A model generated the notes under the pieces. It did not search any database, was not told the origin of the DNA, and saw only the letters and a program-made list of their open reading frames with translations. Position numbers and translations under genes: made by a program. 64,000 nt of DNA from Ylistrum balloti. Taxonomy: Eukaryota. Location: the NCBI RefSeq assembly GCF_031769215.1, contig NW_026781970.1:2790001-2854000 (forward strand). Reading direction: 5' to 3'. The stretch's first letter is position 1. Every line of letters starts with the position of its first letter. Shown one piece after another: positions 13,601-28,600 of this stretch.

Positions 13601-16600
13601 TTCCTACAAATCGTCTTAGCAGTTTTTGCACAAGCACTGTTAACTTTATAGAAATGCAGTAGATAATCTTGGAAATGAATTTTACAACCTAGAAACCATA
13701 CTTATCTGCCTGAAATTCATCCAGTTACGGTTGCTCAAATTAGGACGGGCATATTTTGTAACACCTTGTTTTTACTTGTTTCTTTTTAATTTTTCGAGGA
13801 TGGTGACCTCTTCAAACAGTCCTGTGATTCTATTATGAATGTTGCCACATCACCAAGCAATGTTTCTGACACCAAGAGACTCCGATCATGTGCTTGTCAA
13901 TGCCTCATACAGTTTGAGGAATGGTTGCCTGTGAGTAAAGTGAATGTTTTAAATGTGAAGATTGCATACCTGTCACTTTACTTGGGAGCTACTGAGTTCA
14001 AAGTTCAAGCATCAAGGTCTTTTAAGTTCACACAATAACTGACCTTGATATATTTTCAAGATCAATGAACTGAGGTCAGATATGTTAAAAACCGTTTAGA
14101 ATCATGCCAGCTTTTGAACAAAGGATATATAACACTCAGTGATGATTGAAGCTTTATTATGTTAATGTTCATGTGAGCAATACAGGCTTTCTGATCTTTT
14201 CGCTTTTTAAATTCTTAACATAGTATCATATCATGAAAATCTACACCTGATAAAATTTTGATGGTCATTGGTCATCATGAAAGATTCAAAGTTATTTAAC
14301 ACTACCATTTTTTATGAAGAAAGGAATACATATATATTCATTCGTTGTTTTAAAACAAATTTAATGCTTTAAGGGCTGTCTTTGGAAAGGAAAGGAAACA
14401 CTTAGGAGGATTTTGAAATTGGAGCGATCAGATATATACCAAGACTACCTGCTGTTGATCGTCAAGGTGGTGGAAAATGCTATATGGTCAGTGTAGTAGT
14501 TGTATATCAGTGGCAGTGATTCATTATTGCTGAGTGAAAAATTTTAAAAATTGAAAGTTGTTGATAGCTTTAAATTTTCGAAATGTCAAAGGATTGATAT
14601 ATTTTGTGACTATCTTAAGAATAAGAGTTATTTTCATTACTTAAAAGTATGTGTATAGTTTCCAGTTTGACAAGTAGTATGGGATAGTTAAAATATCCTC
14701 TGTAAGGTACGTGTTATCAATGAATGATAGAGAGTTATCCTCTTAATCTTAGAAAATAAATGGAATCAAACAAGTGTTTTTATTTCTCATTTGAATTTTA
14801 GATTTAATGCTACAGCTGTATAATAGTTGTAAAAGACCTTGTATGCTTTCATTAACAGTTCCAATGGTAATGATTCACCAGACATGAACAGTGGTAATGG
14901 ACATGTAAGTTTGAGAGAGAAAATGTATGGTAGTCCATATTGATAACCATGAAGTACAAAGCCACTGTTTTGTTTTGGCTTTCTGTATTTCTGACTGAAT
15001 AGCATAATGTAACTCTTTTGTTTGATTGTCTTTAATTTACTTTTAACAAAAGAAAAGGCTCATTAAAAAAATTCAAGATGATTTGGGAAGGCATTTATTA
15101 ATGATATGTCATTTAAACATCATTCTTACTAGGTAAATAGGAATGACTTAATAATTTTCAAGCTTTAGCTTCTATCAGTCTAAGAAATAGTATTGTCAAG
15201 TCTGGATGTTTGCAAGGTATACATACTACAAAATGTACCAGATTGCAGCAGGTGGTAAAGTAAATTTATGTTGTTCCCTAAAATTGGCTTAATAATCAAT
15301 TTAGTGGTGAAATGGTCCATTAAATTGAAAAATTCAAAATGTTATTTTGTAAAGGTCCTTAACTTCATTCTCTGATGCAAACTATTTTTCATTGATAGAG
15401 ATTGGATCGCCAGTTTTCATCTGACCCCCAGGAAATGCGCCAAATGGTATCCATGGTGATGGAAAATGTGGTAGTGCTTACACCAGGTGGACTATGGCAT
15501 ATTGTCTTGTCATTGATCAACTTCATTCATCATTTACCAGAGATGACTGCTATGGTACAGAATATTCAGGAAAATGTCCTCTTTATGAAATTGTGAAAAT
15601 CTTCTCCTCCATGTAACTTGTTGTATAACTTTTATGACATGCCCCCAGCCATGTCACTTGTAAAAACTTTCTTCCCAAATAAATAAAGTCTTGTGTTAAC
15701 ATTTCCCTCCCAATATATTCTTACTTGTGAAAACTTGCTAAACCCCTGTATGTACTGTTTTGTGGAGAGTTGCTATCACTATGCTTGGCAACTTGCTGCA
15801 GTGATTTATATGTGAAGGAAATAATACCTGTTTAAAGGTAAAATTTTTAATGTAAGTTTTTCAGAAATCACAAAGTTTACTTTCTTGGTTTAAAAATCCA
15901 TTATGTTTATTAGGAGTTTTTCAAGTTAAAATTTCACTCCAAAGTTTTCTTTCATCTTAAATGATGTTGTCATGTGAATAAATATTGTGTTTTTTAATGT
16001 TATAAACATTTATTCTTAGATATTCAAGCCACTGATGCTGCATCATATGGCCACCATGGATATTTGTATATTGCATCTAATTCTGTATCTACAGGTAACT
16101 ACCTTTTATGATTTCTATCAATATTTGAAATGTTATTGTGAAGTATTTATACAATATTTGTGTAAAGGAAGTAAAAAACTTGAAAATCTGAAGACAATAT
16201 ATTTTTGAAATGTTGTTTATCAATTTGAGAAAAAGAACCCCTGAGAGAATTTCCTATGGAATATTGTAACTATAAATAGAAAATAAGTTTTTTTTGCAAT
16301 AACTTCAGTTCCCTGTGGCCAATCAACCTCAAACTTTATACAGTTCTTCCTTACCAAAAGTGCTTGTTCGAGATTGCTTTCAAAGTTCGAAGGTCAAAGG
16401 TCAAGGTCACTGTTACTATAAATAGAACATTTGTTTCCTTACAATTACCTTACCAAAGGTACTTGCTTTGGATTACTTTTCAAGTAAAAAGGTCAAAAGT
16501 CAAGGTCATCGTAGCTGTAAAAAGAAAATTAGTTTTATGTGATTACTTGAATTTTCTTTGGACAATGAAACAATGCATTGCAAATGACATTTATTTCCTT

Positions 16601-19600
16601 GCTTTTACATCTGCACATTACAAGTATTGATACACATACACTGTACATACAAATTATTGCAAATTAACATTTTCATATCTTTAACTTTCTATAAAAAATT
16701 GGAATTGAAATAAAAACATTATATTATGTCAATAAGGAAAATCTATCCTCAGAATTTGGTTCCCTTTGACACTATACACCTAATCTGCAAGTTTACTCAT
16801 CACATCTCAAACAAATGGACAAATTATATAAATACAATGAATACAATGAATATCTATGTCTATTGTTTCATAAATCTCCAGAAACCTTGCTGGGCAGGTG
16901 ACACATCTGCTTCCATGCAATAAATACTGTAAAATCATTGATTTTTATAGGGGATTTATATTTGTTGAATTCACGGATACTCTTAATTGAAAAATAAATA
17001 CATTCATGAAATGATACACAGATAAGTGTTGACATGAATTATAGTACATGTACAAGAAGATTTTGCAAGCCTGATTTATCCATGAAATCATGTGCTAAAG
17101 AAAATGTACGCTTTTTGGGAAACCATAGAATTTACAGAATGAAGTTAAAAATAAAACCCTTCTGTAAATCCATCTCTCCAACACAGCAGAAAGCCAAGTC
17201 AAAGTAACCAGAGTTATCTGATATCAAATTTAGAATAAATTGATATCATTGAAAGTGAAAGAATAGAATATCATTGTTAAGGATGTTTGAATTTATTTGT
17301 AGTTTTATAGCAATTGGTAAATTTCTTTATTTTCTTTTTGATTTGATTGAATTGGTATTGCATAAAAATGACTAAAAATGATATAAATTTTCTATTTTAA
17401 TTCAATCAAAGAGAGAGTTTGAGAAGGAAGTGTTGATGGAAGGGGAAGAAAAACAGTTGATTCAGAGCCTCTTAACTTCTATCAATCATCCCTCATTGAG
17501 CCCTGCTCACAGACTTTTTGTGTGTCATTGGACTAGACATCATTCACTGGTAAGTATATCTGAGGTAGACATTATTATGTTGATATTGACCTCTGAGAAT
17601 ACTGTGATAGAAATTCAGTTAATGAGAACTTAATTGTGGTAGGGAGTTTTAAATGTGGAATCCTGATAGAAATGATCTGAAGATTGTCTCTTAGATAGGT
17701 TCCAATAGATATTTCATAGGTATTTACCTAGATAAATATAGCTTATCAAATTTGAAATAAAAGCTCAGATTTGATTAGAAATGTTGATGGATATTTTACA
17801 TTTAGTTTGAAGTAGTCCTCCTTTACTTGACTGAAGCACATCCCATTTCATGGTAGAAAATGAGTGCAAAATTTCTAAATGTATTCCAGTCATGTGATGA
17901 AGGCAGTTACTTGTTACCTGCGGTGATGGCAGAGAAGTACCGGCTGTGCTTCTTCCCTAGTGTGTTTGATCCACCGGACTGTCAACTTGCCAAGCTCTGC
18001 CTTTTTAATCTGTGCTTCTCTCCTCTACCTGAAGAGCCAAGTGGTAAGTAGATGTTGTTATCACTTAGATATAATAGTACTGTGTATTTGCTTGATTTTG
18101 TAGATATGCACTTGAAATAAATGTCTACAAAGTAACTGTGCTACTATGTGATGAGAGTGATTTTTTCTTCAGAATTCATGATGCTGATGACAAGACGAGA
18201 AAACTTTTATCTCTGGATATTTACATACCACTTCAACCTTTTCTGAAATTGTTAAAACATAGTAATTATTTTAAAGCAGCATTGTTACTTTCCAATATCA
18301 CATGCTCAGTTAACTTGTGAAAAGATCAAAACCTCTAATTTTTTGGGTGAAATTTATCAGTTTGGTATTTTTTAAAAAGATGTTTATCTTGGACACAGAG
18401 AGTGAAATGAAAACTGTGTTTGTAAGCATTCAAAAGAGATTGAAGGAATGAAACATAAACCATCCTGCAGACTGCCTGTTGTATAATAATGCTATTGAGA
18501 TGAAAAAAATTGACATTTGATTTTTCACTTTCATCCATTGTTGAATAGTGAACTGTTGATTCAATAATCTAATCTCTTTCATTGACAATTGAAAAAAATG
18601 TTTTCTGAAGCTCACAAACATGGTTTTCAATGGCTGTGTTAGAAATAAAACATATTTTTAGATGAACTCTATTTTTACATGATAGTTGTTAAGTGAGATA
18701 GATATGCATGAATGTCTTAATGTCATTCCTGATATAGATAATGTAGTTTAAATTCACTTCTCGATGTTCTGAATTCATGATACCTAATGATGCAATACAT
18801 CCAATTGGGTAATCATACACTAGACATCTTAGTATCTGTTTTCTGACCAACTACTTCTACATATCTTTATAAAATGTTCAGGTGTGGCAGCAGCATTGTT
18901 GCTAGGCAGTGTTGGATACCTTCACAAGTTGGTGTGGCACACAGGAAGTGATCGTGTGGCTGTAATTCTATTCCGTGCTCTATTTCACATGTATCAGCGG
19001 CACTGTAGCAAATCCTTCTCTCAAGATATTAATCGGTGGGTATATATAGCAACTGGATATTTAATGTTAATGTTCTTTACTAGTGCTTTTAAAAGCCTGA
19101 ATTAATCTACAGCAGTACATTAAACTTGATTGAGTTGGATTAAAATCAGTGGTGTTTAGGAAAAAAAGCACTTTTTTGAGATGCCTTATTCACACATACA
19201 TTGTACAGAGTTTCAAACTTCTGTTTTAAATTTTTGATTAATTTTAATGATACAAAACACCTGTACTTGCTATTTTAAATGACTGTGTGTATTAATAATT
19301 GTGTGAGAATTAATCACTTGTATGTATTTTATACAAAAGGGATTGGTTCATTGTATGGTTCTCAGTATTTCAGTTACCAGTGTGGCTTTGAAGGCTATAA
19401 TTATACAGTATATTTGTTATACTCAAAATAGCAAGTACGTTTCATTGAAGATTGCTTTATTGACAAGCAGACAAAAGATCTGTGTAACAAGGAATGAGAT
19501 GAAGTCACATGCAAATTCACCAAAATTTGACAGAGGATTGATGGAAATGCCAAAATACCACAATAAACCACCCTAATTTGTTGGAAAAAAAAAACCCCAT

Positions 19601-22600
19601 CAAAATTTGCTGATGCCAAAATATTCAGATTTATGGTAATATTTTCTGTCTGTAATGATTTCAGGTTTCTCCGAGGCCTGATCTCTGGATTTCCTTACTT
19701 TATACCACATGCTTTAGACTTCATTGAGTGTTTGAGAAATACCACACCTGACAGGTGGGTACCTTCATGTCTTTATCTTTAGTGCTTTCATTTTAGGAAT
19801 GTTTGAGCTGAACATTTTTGATGATGACAACTAAAGTTATGTAATAATCATTTGTTATGGAATTATGAATTCATTAGTATTTTGAATCTATTCAACTATA
19901 AAGTTTAAATACACTTCATTATGTAATTAGGTGAAAATGTATATTTTTGTGACTCCTTTTCATAGTGCATTCTAATTCTAGGATTTTTCCTTAAATGTTG
20001 CCAGTATTGGCAGATATCCTTTGCATTTTATCAGTGCTTTTATTTTAATATTGACAGAAATATGTTTTACTGCACTTATCTTTTCGTTATGGTGTGGTTA
20101 TTTTTTTTTATTAGGAGGCGTTTAGTGTTATTTATGTATGTCCACTCCATTCCATTCTATCCTGTCCCATTGCATTGTGTCATGTTGTCTCCCATCACAA
20201 CCCGTTGAAAATCTGTTGAATCTGATTTGATTCATATTTTTCCCATGGTATCATGACATCAAGTTCTACACCTTGTCAGATTCTAGATTGGAAGCATTCA
20301 GGTCTGAAACACATTTTCTTGTTTGATATGATCTGAGGCTGTTTTTCATAATCCTGGACTTTGTAGAACTAATAGATATAATTGTTAAACACATGAACTC
20401 TATAAAGTTTAAGGGAAACTTCTTTTGTTCTAATAAATACACACATTTTTAAATAGGATGAGATTACACAGAAACCTGTCTTTTTTTCTGACACCCAAAT
20501 ATTTAAAAATCCTGTGATATTTTACACCTATTTTGTAATGAATCATGCCAAATAAACCACCAGTTTATTTTGAGATCCTGCTTTGTTCTAGGTCGACATT
20601 ATGAGCTATAGATCAAATAAGTTCTGTTGTTAATCATTTTAAAGTATAAATTATGAATCATTGAAATAATGAAAAACATGCATCTTTTCAATATTGGACA
20701 GCCCTGTTTACACAGAGATACTGAGTTTGCTCCACCATCAGATTGTGACCACACCAGAGGATCAGACTGCAGCCTACTTCTATTTCTACCTCCTGGTTAT
20801 GAAAAGTGCTTCTCTGCATACAGAAATTGAGCCCAAGGTTAGTCAGTTTGAATCTTTCAGGAATGTAAAAATTAGGATCTTGCATCCTTAAAAGGTAATA
20901 ATTCAATTCCCCTTGGTCCCCTATTGTGCAATGTCCCATTTTCAGACTGATCTGAAAAACAAGCTGGCCAGCAGGTGACCAATTTCGATTTTGACAGTTT
21001 GGAAATAGATCAATTTCATTTGTATATACCTCTTGGTCCCTAATAGTGCCCTTTTGAGTTTGGGACTGATTAGAAAAACAAAAATGGCTGACAGGAAAGG
21101 AAAGGAAAAGAATAGAAAAGATTCAACTTTAAAGAGTAATTAAAGATCAATCAATGGTCGGCACCAAGATACCACTAGGATCTCTTGTTATCCCTTTCCT
21201 ACTAAAAAGCTTGTGTATTAGAGATCTGGTTGAACATATTTAGTTTGCATTTACACCATAGGGACATTTGTAATTCTACAGCTTTATAAGTGATTGTCTG
21301 TATAGTTAAGAGGCTTAGATCACACGCTGTGTTCGAGTTCAAAAGCTTGTGTAGAAGACATCACTTTATTGGACCCGTTGATAGATGTTTATATCAGAGG
21401 GTATGGTAACATAAAAAAAAAATGTAAAGGTGCAAAGGTCAAAAGTCATGCAAATCAATCACAACCTGATATAGTATTGCATCATTAAGAAAAAAAAGAT
21501 TGTTGTTGTCATTGGTCAAGTTGAAAGGATCCAATTCTTGCAAGTTATTTCCTTTATTCAGATGTGTTATTATCAGGAGTTATTAAGATCTACTAACAAA
21601 AGTATATCTATATGAGTCCTTCTTCCTTATCACAGTCATAAATCATTCATCTTATTTAAAGAATGTTTATTTTCTAGTCCACTGTGAAGTTTCTGAGCTA
21701 CTTGGCAAACCATTCTATCATGATAGATGATGGCAGCTGGTTACTTGGTAATGGAATCTTGTCTGTTGTTCAAAATCTACTTATATGTCATGGAACAGAG
21801 GACCTCTACCATGGTAAGTTTTTATCACTTATGCACAGAAATTGTTAAGAAAGACTTGAAAGTTAGAAACACACTGCAAATTAATTGTGAAGTGGTGTAA
21901 GGTTACCTACCAAAGGAGCATGCGAGTATTTCTTTAGAAAAGGCATCCCTCCAAAGTCAACTTCTTAATAATTAAGAGGTCAAGGGTCATGATATTGGGC
22001 CTGTAGCATGCTAGAATGAAGAACTGCTATGTTGTTCAGCTAGTGACCTTTATCACTTTCAAAGTCACAGGGATCAAATGTGTTAGAATCTTCAAATAGC
22101 CATGCTTTGAAAATTGAGAATTGAATGTCATTATTTTACCTTTAATTCAATGTATGTAAAGAAAGGGTGTGGTGTTTGGGATGAAGATGAAAGTTACTGA
22201 AATAAGTTCTTTAAATAATATTGCCTCTTTATAATAAACTCATTTAATATCATGATGTCTTACATGTCTCTTCACATTAAAATAAGTATAGAATTAAATG
22301 ATGTAAGAAAACATCACACATTTACAACTGGTATAAGTTATGACAAGACTATACTTTTATGAAATCCTAACGCCCATTTGTTTGATCAAAGTAAAATATA
22401 CATATTTAAAGCTTTACCATTTTTAGTGTTGTTCCAAATTAAGTTCATATCTTGAGAAGTTCTCAACAGATATGGCTCATATTTACACCATAGTATCATA
22501 CCATCAAGTTCCACATCTTGTTGTATTGAGATTGTCATTGGTCAAGGTGAAACAGTCACATTTAACAGCTCCTGCCACTGAGCATTGATACCTATATGGT

Positions 22601-25600
22601 TGACTGCAGGATCATTTATTTCTTACAGGCATTTTCTAGGCTCAGATATGTTATTGATTGTTAGAATCAAATGACTAAAACATTTTTAGGTTTTGATTTT
22701 TATTTGAAATGTGTTGAGAGGTAAGAGAGTTTTAGCCCGTCATCCTCAGATTCTGGGATATCCAACTGTCCATGTCTGAAAATGTCCATATTTTATCATT
22801 TTTGAGACAATATTCCTTACCACTATTCTTGGGGATTCTTCAGTTGTTTCTGCCTAAATTGAACTCTTTGATAGAACATACTGCTGGTGATTTGTAAAAA
22901 TACTTTTTAATACCTTGTTTTTGGTTGTAATCAATCTCTTTGTTGACAGCTGTAGGTGACTTGCTGTTCTACATGATGACATGTTACCGAGATATAGATG
23001 TTCGTGATAAATCCTTGTTCCTTTATGCCTTGGTCACCTCCTCTACTGATGACAAGGTATGGAACTCAACATGTAAAGGCATTGAAGATTTCATCTGGTG
23101 CTTGTTCACTTGATTATGTGTCATATGTTATTTGCTACAGTAGCTGTTTTTCATAAAATTGTCATATTTATTTCCCTGCAGTAATTTCTTTGTTGATAAT
23201 GCATGTTGTGAATTTAAAATGTATATATATATCCCAATGTTTCTAGTTTGGTAAACATTACAGTAATTGCAAAATCAGTTGTCTAGTCTGTCCAGGTGGT
23301 ATATAGTGCTCTGTAAACACAGGTTGTAGTGAGCTTCAACTCAATGTCAAAGGTCAGATTTCAATAAATCTAGTTCAAAATATAGCTTTTAAAGATATGT
23401 GGATTAAAAAATTAACCATACGTTGATCTGCATCTTCATCAGGAAATTGTTGATTGCACCATAAATAAGACACTGTTACAGATTTTACCATCTTAATAAG
23501 ATTAAAATGCATGAGTTAATTACCAGACAACCACTTACTGGGAGATTTATAATTTTCTTGTGAGTGACTTTACACATGATTTCACCTACAGATCAGAGGA
23601 CTCCTGCAAACTATGTCCAGTGCTCAAAGTGTCCATGAGGCATTGTCAACAATACTTCCTGGTATGTTGTTTATTTCTCTGTGCATATCATTATCTTCAT
23701 ACAAAGATAATAAGATAATGATCATAACCAATGTAAAATGTGCAAAAGAACCAATATTTTGATTCAGTATAGCGAGTTATAAAATATCCTTGACAACTAA
23801 GAAAATGTTTGCTTGAACATAAATACAAAGACGGTAGTTGTTTATATGCCATTTATATTAAAGTTAAATGTTATTAGTACAAAGTTTTCTTTTTGTATGT
23901 ATATTGAACTTGATCATGATACAATTAACTGAAATCTAATTACCATTAATTTATCTATGAAGCCTAAAACAAGAAGTACTTGTGCAAGTGGATGTTGATT
24001 AATTTTAGTGAAAATATGGCAGTTTAATTTTTGGAATGGATGCGTTTTAACTTTCTTAAGTCGCCCTTTAAATGTGAGAACTATTTATATATTATAGGTG
24101 CATTAGATAAGAACAAAGGCCAGATTATGGTTTTGGATACTCCAATCTTCTCATTAGACAGGTAAGTAGAGAGAGGGAAAAAAATGTTGGAGATGTAGTG
24201 GTAAGAGGGAACAATCTTTCACCAAATCTCAATTTAGGTAGAGATGCTAAATGGGTGAAACTGAATCCCAGTCACTCATTGGCTGATTTAGTTGTGTGAG
24301 TCTTTGTTATAAGCTGAACAGTATGAAATATTTGTGTTAATTATAAAATAAAAAAAAAATAAACATAATGACATAAGGAGATTGTAACCCCAGCAGAAAT
24401 GTTGGTGAACAGCTAGCACACATATGTATTACCCAATACTCTGAATAAAATTAATGATTCAGTGACTGTACAGCTCTGGATGTCCTGATACACTGTATTT
24501 AGATGGTGTGGCTGGGAATATTCCCACCAATTTCACCTGTCCAAATTGACCACAGGAGAGATATTTTAATGCTAACAACAGTTTTAAAAGTCATTAGAAT
24601 GAGTTCTTATAAGGCACAGAACAGCCAGAAATTTTGCAACTTGGATTGAATATGCCTTTAAAAGAAACCATTATACTATAATGCAAAACAAAGTTTTGTG
24701 ACATAAATAAAAGATTTAAATGTTACAAAATTAATCTTACATCTTATCCCAACAGGAAAGATATCAAAGCAGAAATAGACAAATCAGCATTAATAGATGT
24801 ACAGTCAGAAGTTAATGGTAAGTCATCTGTTTTCTTGTAGACTTCAAAAGCTTCCATCAACAAATTTCAGATTAGCCAAATGGATTTTAAGATTTACGTA
24901 GAGCTTAGACACCAAATGCAGTAATGAAATATACATGCAAAGTTAAGAACATCTGTGACAGGTATATTCTACATAATCCCTTCTCCTCTCAGTATGCAAG
25001 TTCATTGTATTTTTTTTTACTTGTCCAGACACCTTTGAAGACTATATACAGAGACTACAGAAATGCTCCACCATTCTCACCGCCTCATATAGCTTGTCAC
25101 TGGTTAGTCTCATTAATATCTTGGGCAAAATGTTGCAACAAATGTCAAATCTATCTGGTTATTTAGAACATCAAAAGTTCATTTTAATGTAGTCATTAAG
25201 AAAGATAATTTCCTCAAGCCAATATTGATGATATTCAACAATAATAATAGTTATACTTTATCAAGAGCATGAAAAATTAGTTTCTTTTAAAGTAACGTTT
25301 TGTCTTGAAAAATGTGTACATATATGAAATGAATTTTGTGAATGACAATCATATTACAGACTAAAGACAATCTTGAGAAAGTATATGCAGTGACTGTCCA
25401 TATAGAAACAGCTGATACATTGGAAAAAGTCAAAGGTAAAACATTTTGTAAAGAACTATGTAGGAATACTGAGAAAGACACATGCTTAACTTCCTGAGAA
25501 ATGGCAAAAACTAAGTTTTTTCATCAAGATGGTCTGCTGTTGGCATCTTAACCATTATGTTGTTCTGATTAGTCTCAAAATGAATCGTAAAAACTAGGTG

Positions 25601-28600
25601 CCAAGGGGAACCCAATGGTTAATAAAAAATTTGAGAAACTTTTCAGGAAATACACTGTAAATGCACTTAATTGGGTGCAAACTGATTTTAGTGTTATCAT
25701 TTTGTGACAGATTAACACACTGATGCCTGCAGAAACTGCAATTAGTACAGTTATATTTTAGTAGAAAACTTTCAGTATGAAAAGTGGTGAAATAAATACC
25801 TGGTAGGTATGTTAACAGTGATTATAAAAAAGAATTTTTTAAGGAAGAATGGAAATCATTTATTATATTCACGTTTTATCATAACTCTTTGTTGTTAGAT
25901 AAAAAATTATGATTTGTATATGCTCAGATCTATCTATTCAACTGTATTTCAGACCTACACATTTCCAGATTAAAGAAGAGAGGTAATGTATCAAAAACAG
26001 TTTTTTTTCATATCATCCAAGATGAACTCTGATGGATTATTATTAAAAATATTATTTTTAGTCTCAGATATCAGGAAATCTGTAACCCCCAGATCCTGTG
26101 GAGAATGGGTAAATTTAAGAAATGTAAAGAAATGATTTGTTTTGGTTTGCTCTCAAGGGTAAATTTATGAAATGTAAAGAAATGATTTGTTTTGGTTTGC
26201 TCACAACTGAAAGTAATTAATTTCTAAGATAATTAGCATGGGTCATTTGCATTGATTGTAAGATACTTGGTATCTTCTTCCTATGAACACTCCCTCTTGG
26301 CCCATATGATGGGACTAAAAGAGATGGTTAATATACATACATAAGCTAAAACTTGTGAGTCATCATATAAATCAATTAAATAGACTTCACTATATTGTCA
26401 TGGAAATCATTGTGGGTATCAAAAGGGGAAAAAATGTATATTCAGTCATTTTTTGACTTCATAATTAAAGAAAAAAAATGTAAATTTTAGTTCTCATTTT
26501 CAGATTGTCACCAAGTAACACTCACTATGTCGCCAATAAAACCACTTCCTTGTCCTTGTCAGGTTTGGTAAGTCACATGTCCCGTTATAATTATTACTGT
26601 GTTATTGCTTCCAGTCCAGAACTCACTGATTTATTAAAGACCAAATATGACTTCTACACTGATTTGGCAATAAAGACAGACTTTTGTGTAATTGAAAGGT
26701 GTGACCTTAGCTAGGATACAGGAGTAAGATCCAAGATTTTAAATAAGAGATATTTTCTTTATGAATTCCCCCATCATTATGTACCGATATATTGAAAAAT
26801 TGACTTCATGATTTCAAAGATATTGTTCAAAACTATAAATATTTTTTTGGTACAACAGAGGTCTATATCTATGTAATTCTTTGAAATTATATACATTTGT
26901 CTGCAGGATTGAGTTTCTGGAAGGAAAGCAGACTTATAAGTGCCAGACTGATGCTGTGATCTTGACATTGGATGATTTCATGCTACCTCTACAGACCGAC
27001 CTGTCAGCGGGTGGGGCCAATGATCTATTTGACCTTATATGGCAGTGGTGTACAAATAACAATAACCAAGATGATGGGTGAGATTGTCACATATATTTAT
27101 TGAAAGGTCATTGCCCGAGTGGCAGAAATCTGCTATGCTTTTGTTTGCAAATTTATACCTAAAACAGGATCATGCTAATACCTGGTACATGTGGCTGATG
27201 GTAGAGAAATAAGAATGGAAATTGAACAGTAAATAATGTATTATGCGTGAAGGCTTGCTTTATGCATCATGGCATGAATATTCCATCACTCCTGCATCAG
27301 TTTCATTTAGGAAACATGGGATTCTCCTCCCAACAACTATGTGTGTTATATAAACAAAATGAAATGTGGCCACAAATTCACTGTAAAGTAAGGCAAAGGG
27401 ATGCATAATATCCTAAAGGGGTTAGAAGAGTAAATTAAAGTCTTCATGTCTGGATGGTAACAAGTTTAGCTTTGAGGAAAATGTCTATTATGGATAGTTG
27501 TCTAGCTGGAGCAGAGCCAATATTTGCTGTAGTCAGAACTGAAGCAGCTCCATTTGCTGTCTTCTACCTTTCACTGGCCTTTCTAATGCTGGTCTGAATT
27601 ATCAGTCTCTTAATAAACTATTCATTTACAGTAAACTCTCCCAATGAATTGGACAACTGCTACTGTCAGCCATTTGTTTGGTGTTTATAAACTACAGTAA
27701 CTTGACTGCTCTTGCTACTACATGTATTTGAAATTGTTACAGGGATAAATCTTAGTAGTTCTGGGCACAGTAGGAATTTAAAATCTTTTTCTTATTTATG
27801 ACCATTGGATTACCAAATGCCATATTAATGTGAAAATAATTACTTTCACTACTGTGGAAAACACTTATTTTCCATTTGGTTTTATTTTTATTAGCCCACA
27901 AACTGTTATTCAAATCATTCTGCATCCGTGGTCCACCGTCCATTCGTAAACAGTTTTTCTTATTTCTTGAGGAGTACTGAATAGATCTTTCTCAAATTAC
28001 ATGTGTATGCTCCATGTGATCTCTAGTTATGCATGTTTGATTTTGGGACTGATCATAAAATAAAATGGCTGACCTTGGATTTTTTCAATGAAGTTCGTTA
28101 TCGCTATTTCTTGAAAAAGTAAGAGATGGATATCTCTCAAATTTCATATGTAGGCTCCCCTTGGTCTCTTGTTGTGCCCATACTATTTTGGGACTGATCC
28201 AAAAAAACAAAATGGCCAAAAAGCAGCCATCTTGGATTTTGACTTTGAAAGTTTGTTATTGTTATTTCTTGAGAAGTACAGCATGGATCTTTCTTAAATT
28301 TCTTACGTAGGTTCAGTTTAGTCCCTAGTTGTGCCCATTCAATTTTGGATCTGATCAGGAAAACAAAATGGCATAAAAGTAGCCATCTTGTTTTTTTTAA
28401 ACAGTTTGTTACCGATCTTTCTTGTAAACAAGTTTACCCCAATTTTTAGTTCACTAGGTTCAATGATTTTTTTTACTTTTTATATTTTTATTTTGATAGA
28501 AATAACCAAGGCATTGAATCTGTCAAAGTTCTCCACATGTCGCTGTTCGAGTTCAAGCAAAGAACCAGTCAGAAGCTACACCATTATAAAGTATTGGAAA

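Noticed and set aside
14568-14646. 79-nt open segment with the same phases as AP5B1 exon 6 (mutually exclusive exon?)
   Set aside because: Poor polypyrimidine tract and AT-rich intron-like composition; 14859-14904 has better sites. Only RNA-seq could revive it.
18148-18247. C/D box snoRNA candidate in an AP5B1 intron (GTGATGA...CTGA...CTGA)
   Set aside because: No terminal stem and no recognisable rRNA or snRNA complementarity upstream of either CTGA.
21295-21400. tRNA gene or tRNA-derived SINE (A-box-like TAGTTAAGAGG, B-box-like GTTCGAGT)
   Set aside because: No cloverleaf can be folded and no second copy in the window.
27240-27720. Coding-looking stretch on the minus strand inside AP5B1 intron 23
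   Set aside because: All frames are interrupted by stops and no family motif was recognisable.
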